This document shows, one piece after another, positions 63,500 through 64,000 of a stretch of 64,000 nt of DNA. The notes under the pieces are model-generated. The model did not search any database, had not been told where the DNA came from, and was given only the letters and a program-made list of their open reading frames with translations. Each line of letters starts with the position of its first letter. The first letter of the stretch is position 1. A program made the position numbers and the translations under genes. Source of the stretch: Mobula hypostoma (lineage: Eukaryota). The DNA is taken from contig NC_086097.1 of the NCBI RefSeq assembly GCF_963921235.1, positions 163,620,001-163,684,000 of the forward strand, read 5' to 3'.

Positions 63500-64000
63500 T
63501 CCTTCTCCATCGTCTCAAGATCGGTGCCCCCAGTGCTGTGTGCCGAGCCCATTGCTGTACACTCTACTCACACATGACTGCACGACCAAACACCTGAGCA
63601 ATCATATCGCCAAGTTCTCCAATGACACAACAGTGATGAGGTTCATTCACCAACAGCGATGAGAAGGCCTCCAGAGAGGAGGTGGAAGAGCTCGAGGCCT
63701 GGTGCCAGGGAAATTACTACTTAATATCAGTAAGACGAAGGAGATGGTTATCGACTTCAAGAGAACTTGCACCATTCACACTCTCCCCTTACAATGGTGG
63801 CACATCGGTGGAAACTGCAAACAATTTCAAACTCCTGGGAGTGCACATCACACACAACCTCTTGTGGTCCCAGGACACATCCTACACTGTCACCAATGCC
63901 TCTACTTTCTGAAGAGGCTGAAGAGAGCTGGACTTTGCACATCCATACTCATGTCTTTCTTCAGATGTGCAATAGAAAGCATCCTAACAAGCTGCATCAC
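63500..64000 (+). mobile_element. Rex1/Babar-like LINE RT fragment (runs off the window end)
   Basis: LLYTLLTHDC..KFSNDTTV..FKLLGVHI..YFLKRLKRA..FFRCAIESILTSCIT. Confidence 0.8.

Noticed and set aside
23685..64000. Next PTPRM exon (VIFEV..GY.AIDEV-like) and previous exon
   Set aside because: Not found by eye or in the ORF track; probably outside the window, although a short exon could have been missed.

Overview
Repeat-rich vertebrate DNA, most likely a cartilaginous fish (inferred from the repeat families). It is intronic sequence of PTPRM (receptor tyrosine phosphatase mu, + strand), with one coding exon visible: 23413-23684, 272 nt, AG/GT bounded, MAM domain. The rest is largely transposable elements: CR1 and Rex1/Babar-like LINEs, hAT, Tc1 and Tigger DNA transposons, two solo LTRs, SINEs, and a GC-rich 30-bp minisatellite expanded inside a SINE. 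The most notable system is a Penelope-like retroelement (PLE; RT + GIY-YIG) whose 3' repeat carries a minimal type I hammerhead ribozyme (AGTC-CTGACGA-aGGG tctcgg CCC-GAAAC-GTC-GACT). More than a dozen motif copies occur. Many lie in fold-back (inverted-duplicate) insertions flanked by 10-15 bp target-site duplications, some reduced to little more than two back-to-back ribozymes. Two fold-backs were later hit by CR1 LINEs. PLE hammerheads and inverted pLTRs are known in general; the local patterns (mini fold-backs, antisense masking of sense ribozymes, CR1 insertion into hairpins) are my inferences and need testing. Boundaries of old repeats are approximate and family names come from recognised motifs, not database searches.
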